In this document: piece by piece, positions 15,336-23,444 of the stretch
Layout: each line of letters begins with the position of its first letter
Numbering within the stretch: the first letter of the stretch is position 1
Assembly (NCBI GenBank): GCA_963706355.1
Contig: CAVPLS010000005.1
Coordinates: 549,898-581,897 of the forward strand
Reading direction: 5' to 3'
Source of the DNA: an uncultured Actinomycetota bacterium
Lineage (GTDB): Bacteria > Actinomycetota > Actinomycetes > Propionibacteriales > Nocardioidaceae
Length of the DNA stretch: 32,000 nucleotides
Program-made: the position numbers and the translations under genes
The notes under the pieces: generated by a model
The model's database searches: none
What the model was told of the DNA's origin: nothing
The model's input: the letters and a program-made list of their open reading frames with translations, nothing else

Positions 15336-15551
15336 TCAGCGAGGCGGGCCGTCGTAGCGGCGCTCCTCGACGTGCTTGGTGCGCGAGCGCTGGTTGTTCA
15401 TCACCAGCGCCAGGATGATCGCCGCGATGCCGACGATCAGCAGGATCCACCCGAGCGCGACGTCGTCCACGAAGCTGATGTCGAACTGCACGACACCCAG
15501 GACAAGGATCAGGCCGATCACCACGAATACGATGCCGAGTCCGATACCCAT
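15336..15551 (-). CDS. Small 2-TM membrane protein (DUF6458-like)
   Basis: The ATG at 15551 is preceded by AAGGAGA. The 71-aa product is MGIGLGIVFVVIGLILVLGVV..LGWILLIVGIAAIILALV with a basic tail. The longer ORF to 15638 adds an implausible extension. Confidence 0.68.
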   Translation of the reverse strand: MGIGLGIVFVVIGLILVLGVVQFDISFVDDVALGWILLIVGIAAIILALVMNNQRSRTKHVEERRYDGPPR

Positions 15552-15676
15552 GTTCTCTCCTTGTGGTTGCTGCGACCGGGGTCGCGTCGAGGACGGGGAC
15601 CGCCCTCCGTAAGGAAGGGATACCCCGAGGTCGGGCAAGTCAACCGGTCACGCTCGTACGTTTTCCCGCCCGCTGC

Positions 15677-17536
15677 TCAGAACGCCGACTCGTCGAGCTC
15701 CATGATCGAGAGGTCCGTCGCCTCGGCGATGGCCCGCTCCGCGGAGATCTTCGGCAGGATCGTGCGGGCGAAGAACTGGGCGGCTGCGACCTTGCCCTCG
15801 TAGAACGACTTGTCCTTGCCGGGCTCACCACCCAGCTTCTCGAGCGCGATCTCCGCCTGGCGCAGCAGCAGCCAGGAGCACACGATGTCACCGAGGACCA
15901 TCAGCAGACGGGAGGTGTTCAGCCCGACCTTGTAGATGTTCTGCACGCTGCCGCCCTCGGCGTTCGGGTCGGCCGACATCAGGTCGTTGATCAGCGCACC
16001 GACGATCGCCTGGGTGTCCTCGAGCCCCTGCCCGAGCAGCTCGCGCTCGTTCTTGAGGCGACCGTTGCCGGCCTCGCTCGCGACGAACTTCGCGATCTCG
16101 TCGGACAGGAAGCCGAGCGCCTTGGCCTGGTCCTTGACGATCTTGCGGAAGAACAGGTCCTGCCCCTGGATCGCGGTGGTGCCTTCGTAGAGCGTGTCGA
16201 TCTTCGCGTCCCGGACGTACTGCTCGATGGGGTAGTCCTGCAGGAAGCCGGAGCCGCCGTACGTCTGCAGCGACTCGGTGCCGAGCAGCACCCACGAACG
16301 CTCCGACCCGTAGCCCTTCACGATCGGGAGCAGCAGGTCGTTGACGCGCTCGGCGAGCTCGTCCTTCTCGCCGGCGTGCTCGGCCATCTGCACCTTGTCC
16401 TGCCACGAGGCGGTGTAGAGCACGAGCGCCCGCAGCGCCTCGGAGAAGGACTTCTGGGTCATCAGCGAGCGGCGTACGTCGGGGTGGTGGGTGATCGTCA
16501 CGCGCGGTGCGGCCTTGTCCGACGCCTGGGTGAGGTCGGGGCCCTGCACGCGGGTCTTGGCGTACTCGAGCGCGTTGAGGTAGCCGGTCGACAGGGTCGC
16601 GATCGCCTTGGTGCCCACGAGCATGCGGGCGTTCTCGATCACCTGGAACATCTGCGCGATGCCGTCGTGCACCTCGCCGAGCAGCCAGCCCTTGGCGGGC
16701 TCGCCGTCACCGAAGGTCACCTCGCAGGTGGTCGAGACCTTGATGCCCATCTTCTTCTCGACGCCGGTGACGTAGACGCCGTTGCGCTCGCCGGTCAGCT
16801 CGCCGGTCTCGAGGTCGAAGTGGTGCTTGGGTACGACGAACAGCGACAGGCCCTTGGTGCCCGGACCGCCCTTGCCCTCGACGCCCTGGGGTCGTGCCAG
16901 CACGAGGTGGATGATGTTCTCGCTCATGTCGTGCTCACCCGAGGTGATGAACCGCTTGACGCCCTCGATGTGCCAGGTGCCGTCGTCCTGCTGGACCGCC
17001 TTGGTGCGGCCGGCGCCGACGTCCGAGCCGGCGTCCGGCTCGGTGAGCACCATCGTGGCGCCCCACTTGCGGTCGATCATGTGCCGGGCGATCTGCTTGT
17101 CCCGGTCGTTGCCGTTGCGGTGCACGATGTAGCCGAAGTTCGGGCCCGCGGCGTACATCCAGACCGGGGGGTTCGCGCCGAGCACCAGCTCGGCGGTCGA
17201 CCAGACCAGGGTCGCGGGGGCCGGTGTGCCGCCGAGCTCGGCGGGCAGCTGCAGGCGGTACCACTCGGCGTCCATGAACGCGTGGTAGCTCTTGGTGAAG
17301 GCGGGGTTCATCTTCACCTCGTGGGTCTCCGGGTCGAACACCGGCGGGTTGCGGTCGCCGTCCTCGAACGACGCCGCGATCTCCTCGCGGGCGAGCCGGT
17401 CCACCTCACCGAGGATCGACTTGGCGGTGTCGGTGTCGATCTCCTCGAAGAGACCCTTGCCGAGGATCTCGTCGCGGCCGAGCACCTCGAAGAGGTTGAA
17501 CTCGATGTCCCGGATGTTGCTCTTGTAGTGGCTCAC
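15677..17536 (-). CDS. Acyl-CoA dehydrogenase, long form (FadE5-like)
   Basis: 619 aa. The GTG start is preceded by GAAGGTGGAG. The N-terminus [20 protein letters not shown] resembles mycobacterial FadE5. ACAD middle and C-terminal domain patterns run throughout. Confidence 0.9.
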   Translation of the reverse strand: MSHYKSNIRDIEFNLFEVLGRDEILGKGLFEEIDTDTAKSILGEVDRLAREEIAASFEDGDRNPPVFDPETHEVKMNPAFTKSYHAFMDAEWYRLQLPAELGGTPAPATLVWSTAELVLGANPPVWMYAAGPNFGYIVHRNGNDRDKQIARHMIDRKWGATMVLTEPDAGSDVGAGRTKAVQQDDGTWHIEGVKRFITSGEHDMSENIIHLVLARPQGVEGKGGPGTKGLSLFVVPKHHFDLETGELTGERNGVYVTGVEKKMGIKVSTTCEVTFGDGEPAKGWLLGEVHDGIAQMFQVIENARMLVGTKAIATLSTGYLNALEYAKTRVQGPDLTQASDKAAPRVTITHHPDVRRSLMTQKSFSEALRALVLYTASWQDKVQMAEHAGEKDELAERVNDLLLPIVKGYGSERSWVLLGTESLQTYGGSGFLQDYPIEQYVRDAKIDTLYEGTTAIQGQDLFFRKIVKDQAKALGFLSDEIAKFVASEAGNGRLKNERELLGQGLEDTQAIVGALINDLMSADPNAEGGSVQNIYKVGLNTSRLLMVLGDIVCSWLLLRQAEIALEKLGGEPGKDKSFYEGKVAAAQFFARTILPKISAERAIAEATDLSIMELDESAF

Positions 17537-17621
17537 TGCTCCACCTTCGAACTAGGAGGGTCCCGACCGCCCGGGCGCGGGCGGCGGAGGCCGACAGACG
17601 GCCCTACTCATCAGTAACAAG

Positions 17622-17650
17622 ATTATGCTACCGGTCAGTAGACAAGACAA
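17622..17650 (-). promoter_or_regulatory. Candidate sigma-70-type promoter for the acyl-CoA dehydrogenase gene
   Basis: On the minus strand this reads TTGTCT-17 nt-CATAAT, in the only AT-rich stretch upstream of the gene. It overlaps the direct repeats TCAGTAACAAG / TCAGTAGACAAG and the small palindromes TACT-N4-AGTA and CTAC-N6-GTAG. Confidence 0.35.
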
Positions 17651-17934
17651 GCCCGAGGGTCCTACGTCACACGAGGTGTCGGCCCGGTTCAGCGGGCGAC
17701 GAGTGCCTCGACGGCGGCGACCCGGTGCTGGTGTGCCTCAACAGGCTCCTGCTGGCCTGCGTCGACCGCGGCCGCGACCTGGCCCTGGCTGACGGCCCGG
17801 TGGTCGACGCCGCACCGCTCCGCGCTCGTGGCTGACGAGCCGACGCAGCCAGGAGCCCTGGAACGACCGTCCTGCGGTCGTCTCGAGGCTGCGCACCTCG
17901 ACGTTGCTCAGCACGACGGGGGTCGATGTGTCGT

Positions 17935-18410
17935 AGGTGACCCCGCATGGACGGGGCGTGCTCGACGTCGTCGTCGACGCAGACCCGCACCAGCGGTCTA
18001 CGCGCTGCTCAGTGACGTCAGCGCGTCGGGGACGAGCACGGAGTGCCGGTCGGTCGGCGTGGAAGCGGGGCCCGGCACCGTAGGTGCGACGTTGCCGCGG
18101 CCCAACAGTGAGGTCGCGCTGGGCCGGTTGCGAGGTGGTCGGGCCGACCCCGGGGCCGCGTTCGCGTTCCGCACGGTCGCCGGAGCGCTGGGACGTCACC
18201 CGGCAGGACTCGACCACCTGGACCTACCTGCTCGAGCCGGTCGCCGGCGGCACCCGGGTCACGCACAGCTACCGGATCACCCGGCTGCCGCACGCCCCGT
18301 TCCGTGCCCTCTTCGGGCTGCTCATCCCCGACCACCGCGACATGCGCCCACAGATGCAGCACAACCTCGACGTCCTCGCCGACCAGGTCCGGGCCACCCC
18401 GGTCACCTGA
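17935..18410 (+). pseudogene. SRPBCC (START/polyketide-cyclase-like) family gene, apparently frame-disrupted in its 5-prime half
   Basis: The C-terminal half is intact in ORF 18084-18410 (RWDVT..WTYLLEPVAGGTRVTHSY..DHRDMRPQMQHNLDVLADQV). N-terminal family-like segments are scattered over different frames (AVYALLSDVS, ECRSV..GPGTVGAT, RW..CEVV, PGAAFAFRTV). The boundaries are approximate. Confidence 0.45.
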
Positions 18411-18440
18411 CCCGCATCAACCTGCACACCCTGGAAACGC

Positions 18441-19100
18441 CTACCCGTCACCGACGGCGGGCCGGATCAGCCCGACGACCTGCCAGACCCGTCCGCGGTG
18501 GGTGTACTCGGTGCGCAGGCCGGACCGCTCGAGGACGGAGACCATCGCCTGCGGCGGGTGCGCGAACGTCCGGAAGGACTTCCCGGTGACCCGGAACGAC
18601 AGGTTCTGCGTCGCGACGAAGGCGCGGCTCAGTGCGCTGCGGGGCGGGTGGCTGAACACGAGCAGGTGCCGCGCGTGCTCGGCGGCCGCGGTGAGCAGCC
18701 GCTCGTAGTCGGGGTAGCAGCAGACCACCCGGTGCAGGATGACGACGTCGGCCGGGCCGACGGCGTCGGGCGTGGCGGCGATGTCGATGCGGCGGCGGGT
18801 GACCCGGTCGCTCAGACCGGCTGCCGCCGCGAGCTGCTGGGCATCGGCGTCGTAGGCGTCGACGAGCTCCAGGTTCGTGGCGTGCCGGGCTCCGCGACGG
18901 AGCAGCTCGAGCTGGATGTCGCCGATGCCGCCGCCGATCTCCAGGACGGTGGCGTCGGCGATGCCGCGACTGCTGACGAAGTCGGCCATGCGGGCGGCGG
19001 TCCGGTCCAGGCCGCGCTTGCGGTAGCGCGCGACGAGGTGTCGCGAGAACCTGGCGCCGAACATGTCGTTGCACCCGCGGGGATCGCAGCAACCGCTCAT
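18441..19100 (-). CDS. Class I SAM-dependent methyltransferase
   Basis: 219 aa. Motif I is VLEIGGGIGDIQLELLRRG. The N-terminus is Cys-rich (MSGCCDPRGC). Confidence 0.82.
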   Translation of the reverse strand: MSGCCDPRGCNDMFGARFSRHLVARYRKRGLDRTAARMADFVSSRGIADATVLEIGGGIGDIQLELLRRGARHATNLELVDAYDADAQQLAAAAGLSDRVTRRRIDIAATPDAVGPADVVILHRVVCCYPDYERLLTAAAEHARHLLVFSHPPRSALSRAFVATQNLSFRVTGKSFRTFAHPPQAMVSVLERSGLRTEYTHRGRVWQVVGLIRPAVGDG

Positions 19101-19132
19101 GGTCTGGAGTATGCCGCGTCAGGATCCGGCCG

Positions 19133-19804
19133 CTAGTCCGGCAGCAACCGCGCGAGCCCGTCGAGGACCAGGCCGAGGCCGAACTCGAACTCGTTGCCGA
19201 AGTCGTAGCCGGGCTGCAGGACGTAGTCGGTCGTCAGCTCGAGCAGGTGCGGGTACGCCGCCGGGTCGAACAGCTCCATCATCGGCGCGGCCACCTCGGC
19301 GACGGTGTCGGGGCCCTCGAACGGCAGCGCCGCCTCCTGGACCGCGAACCCGTAGACGTACGCGTCGAGCAGCGCGTAGGCATGCGCAGTGTTCTCCACC
19401 GAGAAGCCGCCCGCCCGCAGGGTGCCGATCACCGCGTCGTGGTGGCGCAGCGTCGCCGGGCCCGGGCTGGTGCGTGACTCCAGGAGTGCGATGGCCCAGG
19501 AGTGCCGCCGGAGCACCGAGCGCGCCGAGTGCGCTCGTCTCTCGATCTCCGAGCGCCAGGGGCCCTCGATCGAGGGCAGCTCGATCTCGCCGAACACGAG
19601 ATCGACGATGCCGTCGAGGATCTCGTCCTTGTTGGCGACGTAGTAGTAGACCGACATCGGCTTGACGCCGAGCTCCTGGGCGAGCGAGCGGATCGTCAGC
19701 GACGCGAGTCCGCCGGCGTCGGCCACGGTCATGGCGGCGCGCAGGATCCGCTCGCGGCTGAGCGGGCGGCGTTCGCGGGCTGCCTCAGTGGCTGGATTAG
19801 ACAT
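19133..19804 (-). CDS. TetR/AcrR-family transcriptional regulator
   Basis: The ATG at 19804 gives [21 protein letters not shown]. The HTH is [28 protein letters not shown]. The longer ORF to 19924 runs across the operator region. Confidence 0.9.
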   Translation of the reverse strand: MSNPATEAARERRPLSRERILRAAMTVADAGGLASLTIRSLAQELGVKPMSVYYYVANKDEILDGIVDLVFGEIELPSIEGPWRSEIERRAHSARSVLRRHSWAIALLESRTSPGPATLRHHDAVIGTLRAGGFSVENTAHAYALLDAYVYGFAVQEAALPFEGPDTVAEVAAPMMELFDPAAYPHLLELTTDYVLQPGYDFGNEFEFGLGLVLDGLARLLPD

Positions 19805-19826
19805 CGCCTGGGGACCATAGCATTTT

Positions 19827-19861
19827 CGTACTATGTACGTTAGCGTCGCCGTACTAAGTAC
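19827..19861. promoter_or_regulatory. Two related palindromic operator candidates (CGTACTATGTACG and GTACTAAGTAC)
   Basis: They lie in the AT-rich divergent region between the TetR gene and the oxidoreductase gene. Both share the core CGTACTAWGTAC and start 23-24 nt apart. Confidence 0.5.
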
Positions 19862-19883
19862 CAACCGACTCGAGGAACCCGCC

Positions 19884-20888
19884 ATGGCCACGACCAGTCC
19901 CACTCCCGGCGCCACCACCGCCACGATGCGCGCGGTCGTGCAGGAGCGCTACGGCTCCGCCGACGTGCTGGGCCTCGCCCACGTCGACCGGCCCGAGCCG
20001 GGGAAGGGCGAGGTCCTGCTGCGGGTGCGCGCGGCCGGCCTCGACCGGGGGACCTGGCACGTGATGACCGGCCGGCCCTACCTCGGCCGGCTCGCCTTCG
20101 GCCTGCGCCGTCCGAGGAACCCGGTCCCCGGCCTCGACGTCGCGGGCACCGTCGTCGCCACCGGTCCCGAGGTGACCCGGTGGGTGGTGGGGGACGAGGT
20201 CTTCGGCTTCGGGAAGGGCACGTTCGCGGAGTACGCCGTCGCCCACGAGGACAAGCTCGCCAGGATGCCGGCGAACCTCTCGGCCGAGCAGGCCGCGGTC
20301 GTCCCGGTGTCCGCGTCGACGGCACTGCAGGCGTGCGACATCGGACGGGTCGGGCCCGGTCAGTCGGTGCTGGTCACCGGGGCGTCCGGTGGCGTCGGCT
20401 CGTACGCCGTACAGCTCGCGAAGGCGCTCGGTGCGGAGGTCACCGGCACGTCCAGCACCGCCAAGCTCGACCTGGTGCGCTCGCTCGGCGCCGACCACGT
20501 CCTCGACTACACCCGCGACGACTTCGCGGACGGGGTGCACCGCTACGACGTGATCCTCGACGTGGCAGGGGACCCGACGGTGACCCGGTTGCGCCGGGCC
20601 CTCACGCCGACGGGCACGGCCGTCGTCGTCGGGGGTGAGGGCGGCGGTTCCTGGACCGGCATGGGCCGCCAGCTGAAGGCGGTGGCCGTCTCGCCGTTCG
20701 TGCGGCAGCGGCTGGCCATCTTCGTCGCCGCGCAGCGCGCGGAGAACCTCGAGCGGCTGACCACCCTCATCGAGGCGGGCTCTGTCACGCCGAGCCTCGG
20801 GGGCAGCTATCCCCTGGAGAGGGCCGCCGACGCGATGCGCGAGCTCGTCGCGGGCCGGGTCCGGGGCAAGGTCGCCATCACGCTCTGA
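19884..20888 (+). CDS. NAD(P)H-dependent quinone oxidoreductase / zinc-type alcohol dehydrogenase-like (MDR superfamily)
   Basis: The ATG at 19884 follows [43 protein letters not shown] and the cofactor motif [19 protein letters not shown] are present. Confidence 0.88.
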   Translation: MATTSPTPGATTATMRAVVQERYGSADVLGLAHVDRPEPGKGEVLLRVRAAGLDRGTWHVMTGRPYLGRLAFGLRRPRNPVPGLDVAGTVVATGPEVTRWVVGDEVFGFGKGTFAEYAVAHEDKLARMPANLSAEQAAVVPVSASTALQACDIGRVGPGQSVLVTGASGGVGSYAVQLAKALGAEVTGTSSTAKLDLVRSLGADHVLDYTRDDFADGVHRYDVILDVAGDPTVTRLRRALTPTGTAVVVGGEGGGSWTGMGRQLKAVAVSPFVRQRLAIFVAAQRAENLERLTTLIEAGSVTPSLGGSYPLERAADAMRELVAGRVRGKVAITL

Positions 20889-20891
20889 GCG

Positions 20892-21242
20892 TCAGCCCGC
20901 GAACGCGAGCGCGTCGCGGACCGCCGCGAGCCGCTCGGGGACCACGCGGTACCAGACCCAGGTGCCCCGTTTCTCCGTGGTCACCAGCCCGTTGTCCCGC
21001 AGCAGCTTGAGGTGGTGGCTGGTGGTGGCGGGGGTCTTGCCGATGCTGGTGGCGAAGTCGCAGGCGCAGACCTCGTCGGCGTTGAGCAGCATCGACAGGA
21101 TCGTGACGCGGGCCGGGTCGGCCAACGCCTTGAAGACCCGGGCCAGGTCGGCGGCCGCCTGGTCGCTCACCGTCGACGCACGCGTCGGGGTGCAGCACGA
21201 CGCCACCGTCGGCAGGACCTCGAGTGAGGTGCGGGTGCTCAT
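20892..21242 (-). CDS. ArsR/SmtB-family metalloregulator
   Basis: The HTH region is FKALADPARVTILSMLL..EVCACDF..TTSHHLKLLRDNGLV. There is an additional N-terminal CC pair (ASCCTP). I prefer the ATG at 21242, which follows GGGTGAGG; the alternative GTG is at 21251. Confidence 0.86.
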   Translation of the reverse strand: MSTRTSLEVLPTVASCCTPTRASTVSDQAAADLARVFKALADPARVTILSMLLNADEVCACDFATSIGKTPATTSHHLKLLRDNGLVTTEKRGTWVWYRVVPERLAAVRDALAFAG

Positions 21243-21307
21243 GGGCCTCACCCTAGCCGGGAAATCGCACTGGTTCGAGGATTTTCGAAGAATTGCTTTG
21301 ATGCATG

Positions 21308-21336
21308 TCGAAGTTATGGTTCGATGAGCGTCGAAC
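21308..21336. promoter_or_regulatory. Overlapping inverted repeats built from TTCGA/TCGAA half-sites (candidate ArsR operator)
   Basis: TCGAAGTTATGGTTCGA (21308-21324) overlaps GTTCGATGAGCGTCGAAC (21319-21336). Further TTCGA motifs occur around 21273 and 21284. All lie in the arsR-arsI divergent region. Confidence 0.35.
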
Positions 21337-21361
21337 GATCCGAACCCTTCAGGAGGACACC

Positions 21362-21793
21362 ATGTCCCGAGTGCAGCTCGCCCTCAACGTCGACGACATC
21401 GATGCGGCCGTGGACTTCTACTCCACGCTGTTCGACACCGCTCCGGCCAAGCGCCGGCCCGGCTACGCCAACTTCGCGGTCGCGAACCCGCCGCTCAAGC
21501 TGGTGCTCTTCGAGAACCCCGGCCAGAGCGGCACGCTGAACCATGTCGGCGTCGAGCGGGAGTCCATGGAGGAGGTCGAGCAGGAGGCCGCCCGGCTGGA
21601 GAAGGCCGGTCTGGCGCTCCGCGTCGAGGGGGACGTCGTGTGCTGCTACGCCCGCCAGGACAAGCACTGGGTCACCGGACCCGACGGTCAGCAGTGGGAG
21701 AACTACGTCGTCCTCGCCGACGCGGGGGCGGAGCTCGAGGGGAAGACCCGCGCCGACCTTCCGCTGGCGGAGCCCGGAGGCTGCTGCTCCTGA
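21362..21793 (+). CDS. ArsI/CadI-family VOC metalloenzyme (C-As lyase / cadmium-induced protein family)
   Basis: The ATG at 21362 follows AGGAGG. MSRVQLALNVDDIDAAVDFYSTLF..PAKRRPGYANFAV..PPLKLVLFEN..LNHVGVE..VCCYARQDKHWVTGPDG..WE.YVV closely parallels M. tuberculosis CadI and Bacillus ArsI. That includes the vicinal CC pair and a C-terminal CC. Confidence 0.86.
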   Translation: MSRVQLALNVDDIDAAVDFYSTLFDTAPAKRRPGYANFAVANPPLKLVLFENPGQSGTLNHVGVERESMEEVEQEAARLEKAGLALRVEGDVVCCYARQDKHWVTGPDGQQWENYVVLADAGAELEGKTRADLPLAEPGGCCS

Positions 21794-21827
21794 GGTGCTC
21801 CCGACACGCAGAACACCAGTAGTTCAG

Positions 21828-21867
21828 TTGACTTACTTCGTGCGCCCTTCCTAGGCTAGTGAACTAG
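21828..21867 (+). promoter_or_regulatory. Candidate promoter TTGACT-18 nt-TAGGCT with overlapping palindrome CTAGTGAACTAG
   Basis: Read directly from the AT-rich region upstream of the TauE-like gene. The palindrome (21856-21867) overlaps the -10 and start region. The 7-nt arms TAGTTCA (21820) and TGAACTA (21860) also pair. Confidence 0.4.
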
Positions 21868-21923
21868 TCGACAAAGGCGCCATCGCGACAACGCAGGTCC
21901 GGTGGCCGAAGGGTGCGAAGACC

Positions 21924-22824
21924 GTGCGGAACCTGATCTTGCTCGCGATCGTGGGTGGCATCGCCCAGCTGATCGACGGCTCGCTCGGAATGGCGTACGG
22001 CGTGACGTCGTCGACGTTGCTGCTCGCGACCGGCGTCGCGCCGGCCGCGGCCTCGGCCGCCGTGCACGTCTCGGAGATCGGCACGACGCTCGTGTCCGGC
22101 TTCTCGCACTACAAGCTCGGCAACGTCGACTGGCGCACGGTCAGCATCATCGCGGTGCCCGGCGGTCTCGGCGCCTTCGCGGGAGCCACCTTCCTGTCGA
22201 GCATCCCGGGCGACGTCGCGAAGCCGTGGGTCGCGGTCCTGCTGCTCGCCCTCGGTCTCTACGTGATCTGGCGGTTCCTCGCCCTGGGCGGACGCCGGCC
22301 CTCGTTCAAGGGGAACCTGTCCGCCGTCTTCCTCGCCCCGCTCGGGGTCGTCGCGGGCCTGATGGACGCCATCGGCGGCGGTGGCTGGGGCCCGGTCGGC
22401 ACCACCTCGCTGCTGTCCTCGGGCCGGCTCGAGCCCCGCAAGGTGGTCGGCTCGATCGACACCTCCGAGTTCGTCGTCGCGGTCGGAGGTTCGCTGGGCT
22501 TCCTCTTCGCGCTCGGCAGCCAGGGCATCAACTTCGGCTACGCGGCCGCCCTCCTCGTCGGTGGCGTGATCGCCGCGCCGCTGGCGGCCTGGCTGGTCAG
22601 GCATCTCGCGGCTCGCGTCCTCGGCGTGGCCGCCGGTGGTCTGATCGTGCTGACCAACGCCGACACCGTCGTCAAGGCCCTCGGCGGCGGAGGGCCCCGC
22701 CGAGCTGGTCGTCGCCGTCGTCCTCGGCGTCACCTGGGTGACGATGATCGTCTGGGCGGTGAAGCAGGAGCGACTCGCGCGCGAGCTCGACCCCGAGCTC
22801 GAGGGCGAGACCGTCGCTGCCTGA
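21924..22824 (+). pseudogene. TauE/SafE-family anion exporter, frameshifted in a C-run near its 3-prime end
   Basis: Frame 0 gives a typical TauE polytopic sequence up to ..VVKALGGGG. It then turns into Arg-rich nonsense that runs to 22928. The +1 frame from 22696 encodes PAELVVAVVLGVTWVTMIVWAVKQERLARELDPELEGETVAA-stop (22822-22824). Removing one C from CCCC (22695-22698) restores it. Confidence 0.72.
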
Positions 22825-22948
22825 CCCACGAACGCGGGGTCCGGTGGCGCGCACCCGCCGCCGGGCCCCGCACCTTCCTCCCGACGGTGCCGGGTGACGC
22901 GCTGGACCGCAGGCGACCATTTGTGTAGTTGTCTGACAGACTTAGCGC

Positions 22949-23407
22949 ATGCGAGTCTCCGCGAAGTCCGACTATGCGCTCCGGGCGCTGATCGAGCTGG
23001 CCACCCGCAAGGATGGCGCTCCGGTCAGCGCGGAGGAGCTGGGCCGGCTCCAGGAGATCCCGCACGGCTTCCTGCAGGCGATCCTCGCCGACCTTCGCCG
23101 GGCCGGCGTGGTGATCAGCCAGCGCGGCCAGTCGGGTGGCTGGCGGATGGCCCGCGACGCGGCCGAGGTCAGTGTCGCCGACGTGATCCGCGCGGTGGAC
23201 GGTCCCCTCGTGAGCGTCTACGGCCTGCGCCCGGAGGCGGTCTCCTACAGCGGCTCCGCCGAGGTCCTGCAGCACGTCTGGATCGCGGCCCGCAGCAGCC
23301 TGCGCGACGTGTTCGAGCAGGTGACGATCCGCGGACTGGCCGACGGGAAGCTGCCGCGCGCCGTCACCTCGCGCACCGGCTCCGAGGATGCCTGGCAGCC
23401 CCACTAG
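22949..23407 (+). CDS. Rrf2-family transcriptional regulator (no obvious Fe-S cysteine triad)
   Basis: 152 aa with MRVSAKSDYALRALIELA..PVSAEELGRLQEIPHGFLQAILADLRRAGVV. Confidence 0.86.
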   Translation: MRVSAKSDYALRALIELATRKDGAPVSAEELGRLQEIPHGFLQAILADLRRAGVVISQRGQSGGWRMARDAAEVSVADVIRAVDGPLVSVYGLRPEAVSYSGSAEVLQHVWIAARSSLRDVFEQVTIRGLADGKLPRAVTSRTGSEDAWQPH

Positions 23408-23444
23408 CCGTCGGCTACGATCCCCCGTGGTTGAGCCAGCAGCC

